From Octopus vulgaris (Eukaryota), in assembly GCA_951406725.2 (NCBI GenBank), contig OX597830.1, positions 77,500,001 through 77,564,000 of the forward strand: DNA of 64,000 nucleotides. Reading direction: 5' to 3'. A program made the translations under genes and the position numbers. Every line of letters begins with the position of its first letter. Position 1 is the first letter of the stretch. The notes beneath the pieces were generated by a model that saw nothing but the letters and a program-made list of their open reading frames with translations, was not told the DNA's origin and ran no database searches. Positions 46,981 to 60,113 of the stretch are shown piece by piece.

Positions 46981-47499
46981 GTTCTGAGTTCAAATTCCGC
47001 CGAGGTCGACTTTGCCTTTCATCGTTTCAGGGTCGATTAAATAAGTACCAGTTACGCACTTGGGTCGATATAATCGACTTAATCCTTTTGTCTGTCCTTG
47101 TTTGTCCTCTCTGTGTTTAGCCCCTTGTGGGTAGTAAAGAAATAGGTATTTCGCCTGCCGTTACCTTCTGAGTTCAAATTCCGCCGAGGTCGACTTTGCC
47201 TTTCATCCTTTCGGGGTCGATTATATAAATACCAGTTACGAACTTGGGTCGATATAATCGACTTAATCCGTTTGTCTGTCCTTGTTTGTCCTCTCTGTGT
47301 TTAGCCCCTTGTGGGTAGTAAAGAGATAGGTATTTCGCCTGCCGTTACGTTCTGAGTTCAAATTCCGCCGAGGTCGACTTTGCCTTTCATCCTTTCGGGG
47401 TCGATTAAATAAGTACCAGTTTCGCACTTGGGTCGATATAATCGACTTAATCCGTTTGTCTGTCCTTGTTTATCCTCTGTGTTTAGCCCCTTGTGGGTA
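46981..47499 (+). repeat. Tandem array of a 184-bp SINE-B-derived unit (about 2.8 copies)
   Basis: TTCTGAGTTCAAATTCCGCC at 46982, 47166 and 47350. Confidence 0.93.
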
Positions 47500-47869
47500 G
47501 AGTGAGTGAGTGAGTGAGTGAGTGAGTGAGCGAGTGAGTGAGTGAGTGAGTGAGTGAATAAGTGAGTGAGTGAGTGAATGAGTTAGTTAATGTGCGGGGC
47601 TATTTTGTAAAAAACGTGGTAGTTGCAGCTGTTCGTGTAAGACAAGATGAACCATAAGTATTTGCAAAGGGCCTTGTAAAGTATAGGATACACTCTTTTA
47701 GAGCATCATCCACTTCTGTGCCATGATTCCAGTAATCTTCAGTGGAATTTATAGTAGTTGGTAAAAAGGAGAAAACAAAATAATGGCGTTAGATGCAATG
47801 TATTTCCAAAATAAGAGGCAGCAAAGGATTCAAATTGTATCTGCATGCTGATTTTAGCTCTACCTTCTT

Positions 47870-48170
47870 TGCCTCTCATCCTTTCGGGGTCGATTAAACA
47901 AATACCAGTTACGCACTGGGGTCGATATAATCGACTTAATCCGTCTGTCTGTCCTTGTTTGTCCTCTCTGTGTCTAGCCCCTTGTGGGTAGTACAGAAAC
48001 AGGTATTTCGTCTGCCGCTATGTTTTGAATTCAAATTCTGCCGTGGTCGATTTTGCCTATCATCCTTCCGGGGTCAATAAATGAAGTACCAGTTGAGTAC
48101 TGGGGTCGCTGTAATCGACAATTCGTCTTTCCAAAGTTACATGACTCGTGCCTAAGTAGAAAGGAATAAG
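47870..48170 (+). mobile_element. SINE family B, partial dimer
   Basis: Same unit junction GAAACAGGTATTTCG near 47997. Confidence 0.85.
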
Positions 48171-48813
48171 CATAAATTCATCCCTATATGCATTTATATA
48201 TGCATATAATAGTAGTAAACACATACATTCACGACTACATAGCTACGTACATACATACAAACGTAGTGCATTCATTGTTAAGCATATTTATATACATACA
48301 TACATACATACATACATACATACATACATACATACATACATACGTACGTACATACATACATACATACATACATACATACACACATATACATATATACACA
48401 TACACACACACAAATATACATACATGCACACATATATACATGCGCACATATATACATACACACACATATATACATGCACACATATATACATACACACACA
48501 TATATACATGCACACACATATATACATGCACATATACATTATATACGGACATTCATGCGCGTATACATTCATACAGACATGCAAACATGCAGAGAGATAT
48601 ATAGACGCATGCATATATATTTGCTCAAATATACATACATGCATGTCTATATATATGCATAAATATATTCAAGCATTTTTGCACATGCATACATACGTGC
48701 ACACGTACGTACATGATTTTATATAATTATTTATGTAGTATGCATTTTTATTCACGTTATTCAGTTTGTGATTTTCCCTATTTTTCAAGCACTTTGGGAG
48801 TTTATACATAGCA

Positions 48814-48913
48814 NNNNNNNNNNNNNNNNNNNNNNNNNNNNNNNNNNNNNNNNNNNNNNNNNNNNNNNNNNNNNNNNNNNNNNNNNNNNNNNNNNNNNNN
48901 NNNNNNNNNNNNN
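48814..48913. other. Assembly gap (100 N)
   Basis: Run of N. Confidence 1.
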
Positions 48914-48965
48914 GTTTGTATACACAGAGATGTGTGTATACGTGTAAAAATTAGAGTGTGCTGCC

Positions 48966-49291
48966 GTGAGGGCGCGTGGCTTAGTGGTTAGGGCATTCGG
49001 CTCATGATCGTAAGGTTGTGAGTTCGATTCCCGGCGACGCGTTGTGTCCTTGAGCAAGACACTTTATTTCACGTTGCTCCAGTCCACTCAGCTGGCAAAA
49101 ATGAGTTGTACTTGTATTTCAAAGGGTCAGCCTTGTCACTCTCTGTGTCACGCTGATTATCCCCGAGAACTACGTTAAGGGTACACGTGTCTGTGGAATG
49201 CTCAGCCATTTGCACGTTAATTTCACGAGCAAGCTGTTCCGTTGATCGTATCAGCTGGGACCCTCGTCGTCGTAACCGGCGGAGTCTTTAA
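48966..49291 (+). mobile_element. Chimeric SINE: family C head and body with family D tail, 13-bp TSD
   Basis: TSD AGAGTGTGCTGCC at 48953-65 and 49292-304; switch near TGTACTTGTATTTCAAAGGG. Confidence 0.92.
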
Positions 49292-49305
49292 AGAGTGTGC
49301 TGCCA

Positions 49306-49355
<50 letters not shown>

Positions 49356-49356
<1 letters not shown>

Positions 49357-50159
49357 TAAAAGGCTTCCAAATAAGGAAGCGTAGTGCTAGGAAACACAAA
49401 AAGGGATAAATTCATGAAAGGAATGAAAATTAAAAACATTTACCATCTCAACTAAATCCCAGACCGAACGGTTTCTACCTCTTTTTTAGCAAACACACAG
49501 AATATATTTCCCAGGCCAGGTTCTTCAGTGGGAAGCCTTCGTAATCCTAGATGCACAGACTGTTAGAAGCACATGTAGATCTAACGGTTTGTATATCCTA
49601 ACTTTTCAAACCTCTGCGCAGACGCAAATCATACCCGGCGAACAGAGAGGATGCCGGTAAAAAATTTACGAACAAATTTATCGAGCAATATTTAAACATA
49701 ATCAAATAGGGTAATAAAATAAATTATTATTACCAGTGGCCTAGCACAAAAGACGAATTAGTCATTAGACTATATATTTTTCGTGTATGATTTGCGTCTG
49801 CGCAGAGGTTTGAAAAGTTAGGATATACAAACCGTTAGATCTACATGTGCTTCTAACAGTCTGTACGTCTAGGATTACGAAGGCTTCCCACTGAAGGACC
49901 TGGCCTGGAAAATATATTCTGTGTGTTTGCTAAAAATAGGTAGAAACCGTTCGGTCTGGGATATAGCTGAGATGGTAAATGTTTTTAATTTTCATTCCTT
50001 TCATGAATTTATCCCTTTTTGTGTTTCTAGCACTACGCTTCCTTATTTGGAAGCCTTTTATTATATTTCTATACGAAAATTATATAGCCTAATGACTAAC
50101 TCGTCTTTTGTGCTAGGTCAATGGTAATAATAATTTATTTTATTACCCTATTTGATTAT

Positions 50160-50164
<5 letters not shown>
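49356..50164. mobile_element. Foldback element (A-U-B-A'-B') with a hammerhead-like motif on each strand, (TA)n-flanked
   Basis: 49356-49634 is inverted at 49785-50061; 49693-49784 is inverted at 50073-50164; motif TCCCA-CTGAAG(A/G)-ACCT...AGGTA-GAA-ACCGTTCGGT-C-TGGGA. Confidence 0.85.
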
Positions 50165-50193
<29 letters not shown>

Positions 50194-50709
50194 GTACAGG
50201 ACGTCACCAACAGGAAAAAGCATGTAATACAAAAACAAATGAGTTAAGTACGCAAATAACGAGAGGAATAAATGGAAAACAAGACAAGTAATACAAAGAA
50301 CGACCCTTCATCCGTTTTCGGCTGTCTCTCTTTTCCCCATTTCGAGCAATCAACAACAATATGAGTCTTCGAACACGGTTGCTCCCATAAATACCAAATT
50401 AAACTTTTTGATTTATGGAGGGTTAATGTTGGGAACAAAAACAGGACAGTGGGGACATAGAGGAACACCAAACGAAGACTAACACGGAAGGTCGTTAGAC
50501 CTGAACAAGGGGGAAATAGTGAATGCTGAGGGAAATATTTTCTTCGGGAAGAGAAAAGATAGAATATCATTTAACAACAGTTTGAATCGGTGCCATTGCA
50601 ACTGTTGTGGGCTCATAAAACCTAGCTCATAAACCTAGCTCTTCAGGCTTAGAGTAGTGAATGGAGGAAGTTTACGACGGATACTAGAAATTGGACTGCT
50701 GTTGGTCAT

Positions 50710-50813
50710 TGTGCTGCACATATTGGTATAGCAATGAAATGGTTTAGGGAACGATATCTCATGTGCTGCACATATTGGTATAGCAATGAAATGGTTTAGG
50801 GAACGATATCTCA
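50710..50813. repeat. Perfect 52-bp tandem duplication
   Basis: TGTGCTGCACATATTGG...GAACGATATCTCA x2. Confidence 0.95.
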
Positions 50814-51174
50814 TTCTGTATTTTTAGGACCGCGTTGTTGGAGATGTACGTGACACCTCGCTGTCTAGGAAACGGTGAGAGAATTAATAGCAACACCAGT
50901 TGCCGATACGCACACGCGTAGAGTGGGGGCGCATATCTGCTGCGCATTTACATGTGAGTGTGGTTGTGTATCGGCTTCGACCAAATGTGTTCATTCCCAC
51001 TTTCTTCCGTTTATTCATTCATTCACATACATGGTTTGCACACGCGAGTGCACGTGTGTCTGTGTGTAAGGAATGCAAATCCTTTATTAATTCAAAGCTG
51101 GATCCTCAACCAGCGTACCAGCCAATTCCCGCTGTATATAAACGGATATAAAAAAAAAGACAATAAAATAAGCA

Positions 51175-51285
51175 CTAGTTCAGTCCCGCTGCGCAGCACC
51201 TTGATGAGTGTCACACCTTGGCGTGTATAGCCTCGATCCGACCAAAGCCTTGTGTGTGTGGAGACGGAAACTGAAAGAAGCCCGT

Positions 51286-51324
<39 letters not shown>

Positions 51325-51985
51325 GTGTGTGTGTGTGCGTGTGTGTTTGTGTGTCAATGTGCCTATGTTTATTCCCCCATCACCACATGTCAACCGGTGT
51401 TGGTATGCTTACGTCCCCGTAAATTAGCGGTTCAGCAGATGTAACCGATAGAATAAGTACCAGGCTTAATAAATAAGTACTGGGGTTGGCTCAATCGACT
51501 AAAAATTTCAAGGCTGTGCCCCAGCATAGCCGCGGTCTTATGACTGAAACAAGTAAAAGATAAATAAATAATGAAAGAAAGAAAGATAACATGACAAATA
51601 GACGGACAGAGAAAGAGATAGACAAACAGATAGATAGATAGATAGATAGATAGACGTGGCTGTGTGGTAAGTAGCCTCAGGCCGACCAAAGCCTTGTGAA
51701 TGGATTTAGTAGACGGAAACTGAAAGAAACCCGTCATATATATGTATATATACATATATATGTCTGTGTGTGTATATGTTTGTGTATCTGTGTTTGCTCT
51801 CCACCAACATCGCTTGACATCGATGCTGGTGTGTTTAAGTCCCCGTAACTTAGCGTTTCGACAAAAAACACCGATAGAATAAGTACTAGAGTTACAAAGA
51901 ATATGTCCTGGGGTCGGTTTGCTCGACTAAAGGCGGTGCTCCAGCATGGCCGGAATTAAACGACTGAAACAAGTAAAGAGTAAGA
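51175..51985 (+). mobile_element. Two consecutive family A SINEs (51175-51565, 51656-51985)
   Basis: Family A head, body and tail motifs twice; the second has a deletion in the head. Confidence 0.85.
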
Positions 51986-52102
51986 GAGATAGAGGGGGAG
52001 AGAGGGAGGGAGAGAGAGAGACCGACAGACAGACAGACAGACAAACGGATAGACAGACAAAGAGACAGACAGGCTGGCAGACAGACAGACAGACAGACAG
52101 AC

Positions 52103-52185
<83 letters not shown>

Positions 52186-52828
52186 CACATGCACAAACAC
52201 ATATGTGCTCGCATATGTACGTGCTTCTACGAATGAATGTAGTGTTCCATGCACGAAATAGGGAACAAACCAGAGTCATCGCTCTTCTTCAACAATTTCG
52301 TATTGAGCCTCGTTATTCATGTGTCAACAAGAGAGTGAGCGAGATCAGAGATTTACTGCCAAAATATGTCAGATCCTGTGATTGATCGTGGCTCCAGGCT
52401 CACATTTCTATTGAACAACACCTTCTTTCTTTACGTATCTCACACCTCTTCTGCTCTCCCTCTCCCTTGCTCTCCCTCTTTGTGTCTCGTTATATATATG
52501 CATATGTGTATATAAATATATATATCTATATGTATATATATATATATTTATATATATATATATGCATATGTATATATGTATATAGATTTATGTGTGTATA
52601 TAAATTTATATATGTATATAGATTTATATATGTATATAGATTTATGTATATTTATAATGTATTTATGTATATATATATATATATATATGTATGTAAATAT
52701 ATATATGTATGTATATATTTATATATATATTTATGTAAATATATATATGTATGTATATATTTATGTATTTATATTTTATGTATTTATCTATCTATCTACC
52801 TATATATATATCAACATATATGTATCTA

Positions 52829-52917
<89 letters not shown>

Positions 52918-53458
52918 TCATACATAAATACTCATATATAATCTAAATATATTTATCTGTGAATTAGTGCATGTATGAAAATATTTGTATACGTATAGAT
53001 ATACCTATATATATATAGATACATATACTTGTATATCTATAGGTATACAAATATTTGCATACATGCACTAACTCACAGATATATATATATACAATAAAGA
53101 TATATATATATATATATATATACATATAAATATTTACATATATATATATGCGTGTTTGTGTGTATACATATACATTATTACGTACGTATGCATACGTATA
53201 CACGCATATGTCTGTGTACATATACGTAGGTACATCATGCAAACACTATACATACATATATATATATATGTCGTGAGAAAGAGAGGGGAGGGAGAGAAAG
53301 GGAGAGTGAGATAGAGCGTGCACATGCCATCATAACTATATACGTTTCAAATTAGCAACGGAAGACAAGCCAATATACAACATATCTATACCGAGAAGAT
53401 TACTTCAGAACCGCTTAAGCCTTATTCCCTGGAGAGAAGATTGCAAGTTTAATGCAGT

Positions 53459-53620
<162 letters not shown>

Positions 53621-53649
53621 TTATCTATCTATTTGTCTATCTATCTTTT

Positions 53650-53738
<89 letters not shown>

Positions 53739-54049
53739 GTATATTTATAAATACACACATATATATATATATGCATATATACACACATACACACACACAC
53801 ACATACACATATATATACATGTATATATGTATATAAATATATAGATATATGTACGTATGTATATATTTATATTTTATAAGCTTAAATCTTATAAGCAATC
53901 ACCGTGCAACGACTAACTTATATATGTATCTATATATATATATATATATTTGTCTTAGACAAATAGCGTAAATTATGGGTCATTTCATATTTCTTTATTT
54001 ATAATTTTGACCTACAGCTGTTTCTAGTAGTTATTATACGTCCTTTATC

Positions 54050-54258
54050 AGGCGGCTAGCTAAAAAAATCGTTAGCGCGTGATATTCTTAACGGTATTTC
54101 GCCCGTCGCTACGTTCTGAGTTCAAATTCCTACCGCGTTCGACTTTGCGCTTTATCCTTTCGGGGTCGATTAAATAAGTACCAATTACGAACCGGGGTCG
54201 ATGTAATCGACTGAATCCCCTCCCACCAAGCTGCCCTTCTGCTAAAAAATTTGAAATT
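54050..54258 (+). mobile_element. SINE family B
   Basis: GGCGGCTAGCT...GTTCTGAGTTCAAATTCC...CCTTTCGGGGTCGATTAAATAAGTACC. Confidence 0.85.
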
Positions 54259-54906
54259 ATTATATCTTTGTTATGAATCGGGTTACTCATTCGACCCATT
54301 GAGTGATGGAGAAAAATTGAACAACCCAAAGAAATTGACAGACCTAAAGAATTAATGCTACTTTCTTTAGCATTAATTCTTTAGAGCATAATTTAGAGCG
54401 ATTTCTGGTTATAACCAGAAATTGCTCTAAAGAAATCATGGTAATAGACTAGATGAACCCACATCACGTCATGAAATGCTAAGTCCAGCTCACTGCATCT
54501 CATTACTTCATCAGGACCGCTTACAGAGACAGGATTAGGAGGTGACACTAAACTAACCCAGCATTAGTGCTAATGGGGAGGACACCAGTATGGTCGCAGC
54601 CGCTGGTTGAAACTGGTAATAGAAGAATATATATAATATATATAATCTTATAAATAATTAGGCGACTGTTTATGCTCTATAAAGAAAGAGTTATTATGCT
54701 TTAAATGTCTATGCATTCTGTTTAATAAAATCCAGTGATTCAGAACAATTAAAGCCATAAAATTAAAGATATATAGTTAAAAGTATTTTCGGTTACATAA
54801 GTAAACACCTGTTGTATGAAAATGTATATATAAACGCGAATTAAGATCTTGTTTTAGGTGATGCGCTAAGGAATTGTTGGCCTGTTATGTATTAAACACG
54901 CCTAGA

Positions 54907-55294
54907 GTGGATGCGCAATGACCCAGTGGTTAGGGCAGCGGACTCGCGGTCATAGGATCGTGGTTTCGATTCCCAGACCGGGCGTTATGAGTGTTTATTG
55001 AGCGAAAACACCTAAAGCTCCACGAGGCTCCGGCAGGGGATGGTGGTGATCCCTGCTGTACTCTTTCACCACAACTTTCTCTCACTCTTACTTCCTGTTT
55101 CTGTAGTACCTGTATTTCAAAGGGCCGGCCTTGTCACTCTCTGTGTCACGCTGAATATCCCCGAGAACTACGTTAAGTGTACACGTGTCTGTGGAGTGCT
55201 CAGCCACTTACACGTTAATTTCACGAGTAGGCTGTTCCGTTGATTCGGATCAACCGGAACCCTCGTCGTCGTAACCGACGGAGTGCTTCCATCC
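54907..55294 (+). mobile_element. SINE family D with 13-bp TSD
   Basis: TSD AAACACGCCTAGA at 54894-906 and 55295-307. Confidence 0.94.
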
Positions 55295-55884
55295 AAACAC
55301 GCCTAGATCTGTGTTACGTAATAATCTGTTATACGTTTAATGCGTAAACAAAAGTTCTTATATAAGAAATAATGAATTATTAAACTGGTTGATTGAAAAG
55401 TACTTTCAGCATTCAGAGGATGAACGGTATCAAAATACTTCTGGGACTTTTAAATCGTTATATTATCGCGTAAAATATTATGTGGAGAAAACGGGAAGAC
55501 AAGACAACGGCATATTCTGGTTTGGGAGAAGAGAACTCAAGTGCGCATGTACAGGACATAGGGAGTATAGTATGGATAGGGGTGTAGTGGGGAAAGAACT
55601 AGTGGCAAAGAGAGGGGGAAGAAAGAGAGAGAGAAAGGGGGACGGATTGTGGAAACAATATAAGAAAAGAAGACTATACAAAAGAAGATTATACAGCGAA
55701 CATGACTATTCCGTGTCTTTATTACATTGGCCATGAATTGGATATTAATACGATGTAAGAGAGAGGCAAACTAAGAAGGAAATAACACACACAGACACAC
55801 ACACACACATACACACACACACACACACACATATACATATATATATATATACACACATGCAAATATATATGTATGTATAAATGA

Positions 55885-55918
<34 letters not shown>

Positions 55919-56025
55919 ATGTATGTATATATATATATTTGCATATACATATATGTAAGTAAAAAATGTATGAGTGCATGTATATATATATATATATGTA
56001 TATGTACATGTATACACACACACAC

Positions 56026-56074
<49 letters not shown>

Positions 56075-56163
56075 CGTTTGTATGTATATATCCATTTATA
56101 TATGTCTGTATGTATATATATAATATATATATATATATATACACGCACACAATATACATACAC

Positions 56164-56201
<38 letters not shown>

Positions 56202-56749
56202 GCATACAATATACATACACACATACATACATGCATGCATACATACATACATAATACATACATACATACATACATACATACATACATACATACATACATA
56301 CATACATACATACAGATATTGTTGTTTATACCCGGAAGATGTTATCCTTGAAAGATGACAAAACCAATCCACCCATTACGTTTTTCTTTTCTTTCTATCT
56401 TTTCTCTTTTCTTTTACAAGATCTTAACATGGACATTAAAAAATCGTAAAACGAAAGCAGGTATTTTCTATTCATCCTCGTTTAGTTCTGAAGTAAAGCG
56501 AGGGCAGGCTGGTCTCGCTTCTATCAATTTTTAACTTTTTTTTCTTAACCTTTTTTTGTGTTTTTTTGTTTTGTAGCAATCTACTCTGTGTTATGAAGAG
56601 GATCGTATTTCCAAAGTTAATCCTTTGAGACACAAATACATGAATATACCCAGAAAGATTTGCTGTAATATACACTGGGAGCTACTAAAACCAACGTTAA
56701 AATATGGCATGAATTGGATATAAGCTGGAGCTGTTGCGATTGCTATTTT

Positions 56750-57355
56750 TGCTATCCTTGCTGCTGATGTTGTTGTGGTTGCTGTTGTTGTTGTTGCTTT
56801 TGTTGTAGCTGTTAAGCTAAGGTCAGCTACGTAGATCAAAGGTTACTGAAACTATAACCAATCCTGTCTTTGTTTTTCAGATATTGTATACCTCGGAGTA
56901 CAATGTTTCCTTGTCTTTAAAATTGTTCTGGCTGCTTTGTTGTTATTGTTCCCGTTGTTGTTGTTGTTTATGTAATGTTCGTTATTATTGTTTAGCCAAG
57001 GTCAACCATAGAGATCAAAGATTACTGAAGCCACAATCACTCCGTTCATAATATTCCAGTCGTTATATACCTCGGAATATATATTGTTCGTGTCCTTGAA
57101 ACTATTGTTATTGTTGATGTTGTTGCTGTTGCTGCTTAACCCTTGGTGAATTCTGGCTGAGTAGACTTAAGATCAACGTTGTTCTAACTATGACCAGGTC
57201 ATTTTGTTGCTTGTTTATTTGTTTACTAGTTTATCGGTTTGTTTGTTTTTTTTTTTGGAGGTTTTTTGCACATCTAACACTACATCGTACAAAGCACCCT
57301 TCTTTATTTAGATCGGCAGGGTACAATTTTCTAAGAAATTGCTTGCTATTTTTAG
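56750..57355. repeat. Three degenerate ~180-bp tandem units of an old repeat separated by (GTT)n
   Basis: AGATCAAAGGTTACTGAAAC, AGATCAAAGATTACTGAAGC and AGATCAACGTTGTTCTAAC; related stubs at ~32230 and ~59200. Confidence 0.55.
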
Positions 57356-57361
57356 AAGTTT

Positions 57362-57592
57362 GAAATACCTGTTTCTTTACTGCTCACAAGGGGCTAAACA
57401 CAGAGAGGACAAACAAGGACAGGCAAAGGGATTAAGTCGATTATATCGACCCCAGTGCGTAACTGGTACTTATTTAATCGACCCCGAAAGGATGAAAGGC
57501 AAAGTCGACCTCGGCGGAATTTGAACTCAGAACGTAACGGCAGACGAAATACGGCTACGCATTTCTCCCGGCGTGCTAATGATTCTTCCAGC
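57362..57592 (-). mobile_element. SINE family B
   Basis: Reverse complement of head plus one unit, ending at the unit junction GAAATACCTGTTTC. Confidence 0.9.
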
Positions 57593-57901
57593 ATGTATGT
57601 ATGTATGTATGTATGTATGTATGTATGTATGTATGTATGTATGTATGTATGTATGTATGTATGTATGTATAAAGGTATGTATGCATGCTTGCATATTCAT
57701 CTATACACATATACATCCGAAATATACAATCACACACATATTCCATCTTAATATAAACATGTATTACACAAAGTCCTCAGCATTCCATATAAGTCATTAT
57801 ATATAACGAACATGTGACTACTAGAAACTGATGTAAGTCAAAATCATACAATAAAGAAATATGAAATGACCATAATTTATACTATGTCTAAGACATACGT
57901 G

Positions 57902-57986
<85 letters not shown>

Positions 57987-57989
<3 letters not shown>

Positions 57990-58144
57990 AGTGGCTGTGT
58001 GGTAAGTAGCTTCCTCACGAACCACATTGTTCCGGGTTCAGTCCCACTGCGTGGTACCTTGAGCATGTGTCTTCTATTATAGCCTCCGGCCGACCAAAGC
58101 CTTGTGAGTGGATTTGGTAGACTGAAACTGAAAGAAGCCCGTCG

Positions 58145-58146
<2 letters not shown>
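57987..58146 (+). mobile_element. SINE family A, 5' half ending in its internal microsatellite
   Basis: AGGAGTGGCTGTGTGGTAAG...GAAAGAAGCCCGTCG. Confidence 0.88.
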
Positions 58147-58226
<80 letters not shown>

Positions 58227-58298
58227 CAGACAGATAGACAGACACAGAGCCACACAGACACAGACAGATAGACAGATAGATAGATAGATAGATAGATC

Positions 58299-58347
<49 letters not shown>

Positions 58348-58701
58348 ATGTATGTTTATATGTACACGTATAGAATTTCACTTATAACGAGCCCGTATAA
58401 TTTTACCAGCTGAAAATATAAATAATTGATAAAGTAAAAAAAAAGAAGGAAGTAAAAGCACACAGAACTAAAGAAATAAAAATATTGGTAAATGCCAAAA
58501 ACAAAAGAAGTCAAATGTTACCTTCAGTTCTCCGGTTACACAAAAATAAAATAAAATAAAATAAAATAAACACCATACTAAATATGATATAAAATAAACG
58601 AAAAATCACTCCCCGCACCACCACACAAAAAAAAAACAAATAATAAAATGGCCCACGCGCACACGACCCCCATTTATTTTATTTATTTATTGTTATCATT
58701 A

Positions 58702-58760
<59 letters not shown>

Positions 58761-58780
58761 AATATTATTATTATTATTAT

Positions 58781-58811
<31 letters not shown>

Positions 58812-58859
58812 AATATTATTATTATCTTCATCATCATCATTATTATTATTATTACTATG

Positions 58860-58930
<71 letters not shown>

Positions 58931-59458
58931 CATAATTTCGTATCAATTAACACCATTTAGTTGTCATAATGTCACAACAACCAAATTATATTCTCGAAAG
59001 TTCTGTCAGCCATTTTGTTTCCCTAGTTTTTGCGTACTATTTTTCATACTGTTATGTATATATTTCTATTGTAATTTTTTTATTCACCCTCACAATTAGT
59101 TTCTTATTAACCGTCTTAATTGTTGGGTGTTGGTGGTGGCTTTTGACCCCTATACTATGTTTGTAGATATAGGTTATAGAAAGAGTTTATGTTAATAATC
59201 CCTTCCAGTCATGACCAACCAGGTTTTTCTTCTAGACTGATGTATTCTACTCCCAACAATATTTTGCCGTATTTATATATAGCAGGGAAATGTAGTTTTG
59301 AGAGATTTTGATTGGTATTTCTAGGACCTGGAGCGTCCACGTACAGAATAGTCTCGTCAATTCGCAGTTGAAATACTTTTGTTTTCACGTTGCTACTGCT
59401 GCTGCTGCTGTTGCTGCTGTTGCTGCTGCTGCTGATACTTCTGTTGCTACTGCTGCTG

Positions 59459-59690
59459 CTCACCGATAATCGGTGGACCTGCGCACTTTGTCGAGTGGTA
59501 CTCGCGCGAGCAGAAACGACCACTCGGAAGGCCTCCATGGCGGTGGAGGTACGATTTCAGGAGGGCGATTGGGATCACGTGGATGAGAAAGGCGCGATCT
59601 AGAGAGAAGTGGACAGCGTGCTGTGACCAGCGGTGTCAAATGGACGCCCGACGGACTGGTCTATCAAGGTGATTAAGGTGATCAAGGTGA
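59459..59690 (+). pseudogene. 3' stub of a second RTE-clade LINE family
   Basis: LTDNRWT / VEWYSREQKRPLGRPPWRW...TWMRKARSREKW, resembling the RTE C-terminus; tail (TCAAGGTGA)x3. Confidence 0.75.
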
Positions 59691-59773
59691 TATATATAAA
59701 GTAAGATTTAAGGTGAAAAAGCACAGAAATTCTGTCCAGATAAAGATTATTTAATACATTACAATATGTATAT

Positions 59774-59916
59774 ACTCTTTTACTCTTTTACTTGTTTCAG
59801 TCATTTGACTGCGGCCATGCTGGAGCACTGCCTTTAGTCGAGCAAATCAACCCCGGGACTTATTCTTTGTAAGCCCAGTACTTATTCTATCGGTCTCTTT
59901 TGCCGAAACGCTAAGT
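59774..59916 (-). mobile_element. SINE family A, 3' part
   Basis: CTCTTTTACTTGTTTCAGTCATTTGACTGCGGCCATGCTGGAGCAC. Confidence 0.88.
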
Positions 59917-60113
59917 GAAAAAAAAACGAAGAAAAAGCACAAGACAAAAACAAGAACGCGAGGACGTGGTACATGCAAAATATTGAAAGACGCTCAGAGA
60001 AGGAAAGTAAAGGTGATTTACGTTTCGAGCAAAGCTCTTCTTCAGAAACAGGAGACAGAAGAAGGTCCAAGAGAAAAAGAAGACGTAGGGAAAAAAGTCG
60101 CCAGCAATCCACA
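59917..60113 (-). mobile_element. Penelope-pLTR-like repeat with minimal hammerhead-like motif (60015-60049)
   Basis: Minus strand GTTT-CTGAAGA-A-GAGC-TTT-GCTC-GAAACGT-A-AATC. Confidence 0.68.

Noticed and set aside
46981-47499. CRISPR-like regularly spaced repeats
   Set aside because: Whole 184-bp units repeat with no unique spacers; eukaryotic context and no cas genes.
50190-50580. (TA)n-flanked unit with scattered CGAAGA, GAAA and GGATGA motifs (similar weak case at 38500-38595)
   Set aside because: Possibly pLTR-like, but I could not assemble three stems around a core.
59390-59602. GC-rich stretch resembling a host exon (minus-strand AG acceptor, CG/GTGAGC donor, CCGCCATGG Kozak-like context; signal-peptide-like plus ORF)
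   Set aside because: Plus-strand translation across one frameshift gives an RTE-like C-terminus followed by a tandem tail; the Leu run is a (CTG)n repeat.
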